DNA of 64,000 nucleotides from a virus. A model generated the notes under the pieces. The model was not told where the DNA came from, made no database searches, and saw only the letters and a program-made list of their open reading frames with translations. The stretch lies in the IMG/VR virus record IMGVR_UViG_3300024999_000062; one strand, given 5' to 3'. The position numbers were made by a program, and so were the translations under genes. Of the stretch, positions 63,544-64,000 are shown piece after piece. Within the stretch, counting starts at the first letter, position 1. Every line of letters begins with the position of its first letter.

Positions 63544-64000
63544 ATGATTGTACAGAAAGATCGGTTAATAGAAATTTTAAATCTACGTAGAGTAGGTAGT
63601 AAAGGGTGGTATTCAGGAGATTGCCCTTTTTGTGGTAAGCAAGACAAATTTGGAGTTAACTTTGGTGAAGTGCCAACTGATTCAGATAAGAGAGGTCCTT
63701 CTTTTAATTGTTTTGCCGGAGGCTGTAAGAAACACGGGCCAATTTCTACATTACTAAGACATATTGGTCGTCTTGACTTATTATATAAAGAGAGTCTCAA
63801 GTTTGTTGGACTTGAAGATAAGTTAAAGAAGATTGTGTTAGACATTGATACAACAATTCTAGACAAAGCCCCTCCGATTGGTTTTCGAAGAACTTATTCT
63901 AATGACTATTTGGACTCAAGAGGGTTCACACCAGAAGAATATGAAAGATATGTAGTTGGAGTTACAAGCTTCTCTTCTGAGTATGTTTACTTCTTGATTC
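63544..64000 (+). CDS. DNA primase (N-terminal zinc-binding region), partial, runs off the window
   Basis: Open frame from ATG 63544 to the window end. It is absent from the ORF track because there is no stop. CPFCGKQDKF...FNCFAGGCKKHG is a primase-type zinc ribbon. It lies next to the helicase gene. Confidence 0.5.
   Translation, partial: MIVQKDRLIEILNLRRVGSKGWYSGDCPFCGKQDKFGVNFGEVPTDSDKRGPSFNCFAGGCKKHGPISTLLRHIGRLDLLYKESLKFVGLEDKLKKIVLDIDTTILDKAPPIGFRRTYSNDYLDSRGFTPEEYERYVVGVTSFSSEYVYFLI

Noticed and set aside
63534-63866. 110-aa minus-strand ORF at the end of the window
   Set aside because: It is antisense to an open + strand frame that encodes a convincing primase zinc-ribbon (CPFCGK...CFAGGCKKHG). 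Every other minus-strand ORF except tnpA looks equally spurious.
1-64000. Lysogeny module (integrase, repressor, att site), tRNAs and CRISPR
   Set aside because: I recognised none in any frame, so lifestyle cannot be called from this window. The only recombinase-like gene is the IS transposase.

Overview
This window reads as about 64 kb of a tailed dsDNA phage genome with contractile-tail (myovirus-type) architecture. It is AT-rich. All credible genes lie on the + strand except one IS-borne transposase, and genes are tightly packed with many ATGA/TAATG overlaps. Promoter-like boxes, leaders without Shine-Dalgarno sequences and several lipoprotein-type signal peptides suggest a Bacteroidota host; this is inference. 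Gene order is as follows. (1) 0.1-7 kb holds small accessory genes, including an 18 x 24-nt tandem-repeat gene, a decayed gene and an IS200/IS605-type insertion. (2) The portal gene starts at 7.0 kb. (3) 8.7-15.3 kb is a block of head-associated or ejected-protein candidates, including an ADP-ribosyltransferase and a MuF/SPP1-gp7-type protein. (4) 16.0-24.2 kb is an 8-kb island of glycosyltransferases, four SAM methyltransferases, a short DegT-like aminotransferase and an intervening GIY-YIG homing endonuclease. (5) 24.8-28.5 kb is a compositionally foreign cassette with a secreted fibre-like protein and an SGNH hydrolase. (6) 28.5-31.9 kb holds a YkuD-like protein, a large Nudix-containing protein and the prohead protease. 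(7) 31.9-33.9 kb holds membrane proteins and a second homing-endonuclease-like gene. (8) 34.0-36.3 kb holds scaffold and major capsid genes followed by a clean terminator. (9) 36.4-56.5 kb holds neck, sheath, tube, chaperones, tape measure, baseplate and fibres. (10) 56.5-64 kb holds small genes, an HNH-like protein, a DEDD exonuclease, the large terminase, a DnaB-like helicase and a partial primase. I saw no tRNA, rRNA, CRISPR array, integrase or repressor. The best candidate for an undescribed system is the glycosylation/methylation island. It has no membrane-export components and sits inside the head-gene block. Acidic Ser-run tails on several ORFs in or near the virion modules could be its acceptor sites. 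All family assignments were made by eye from motifs, so profile and structure searches are needed.
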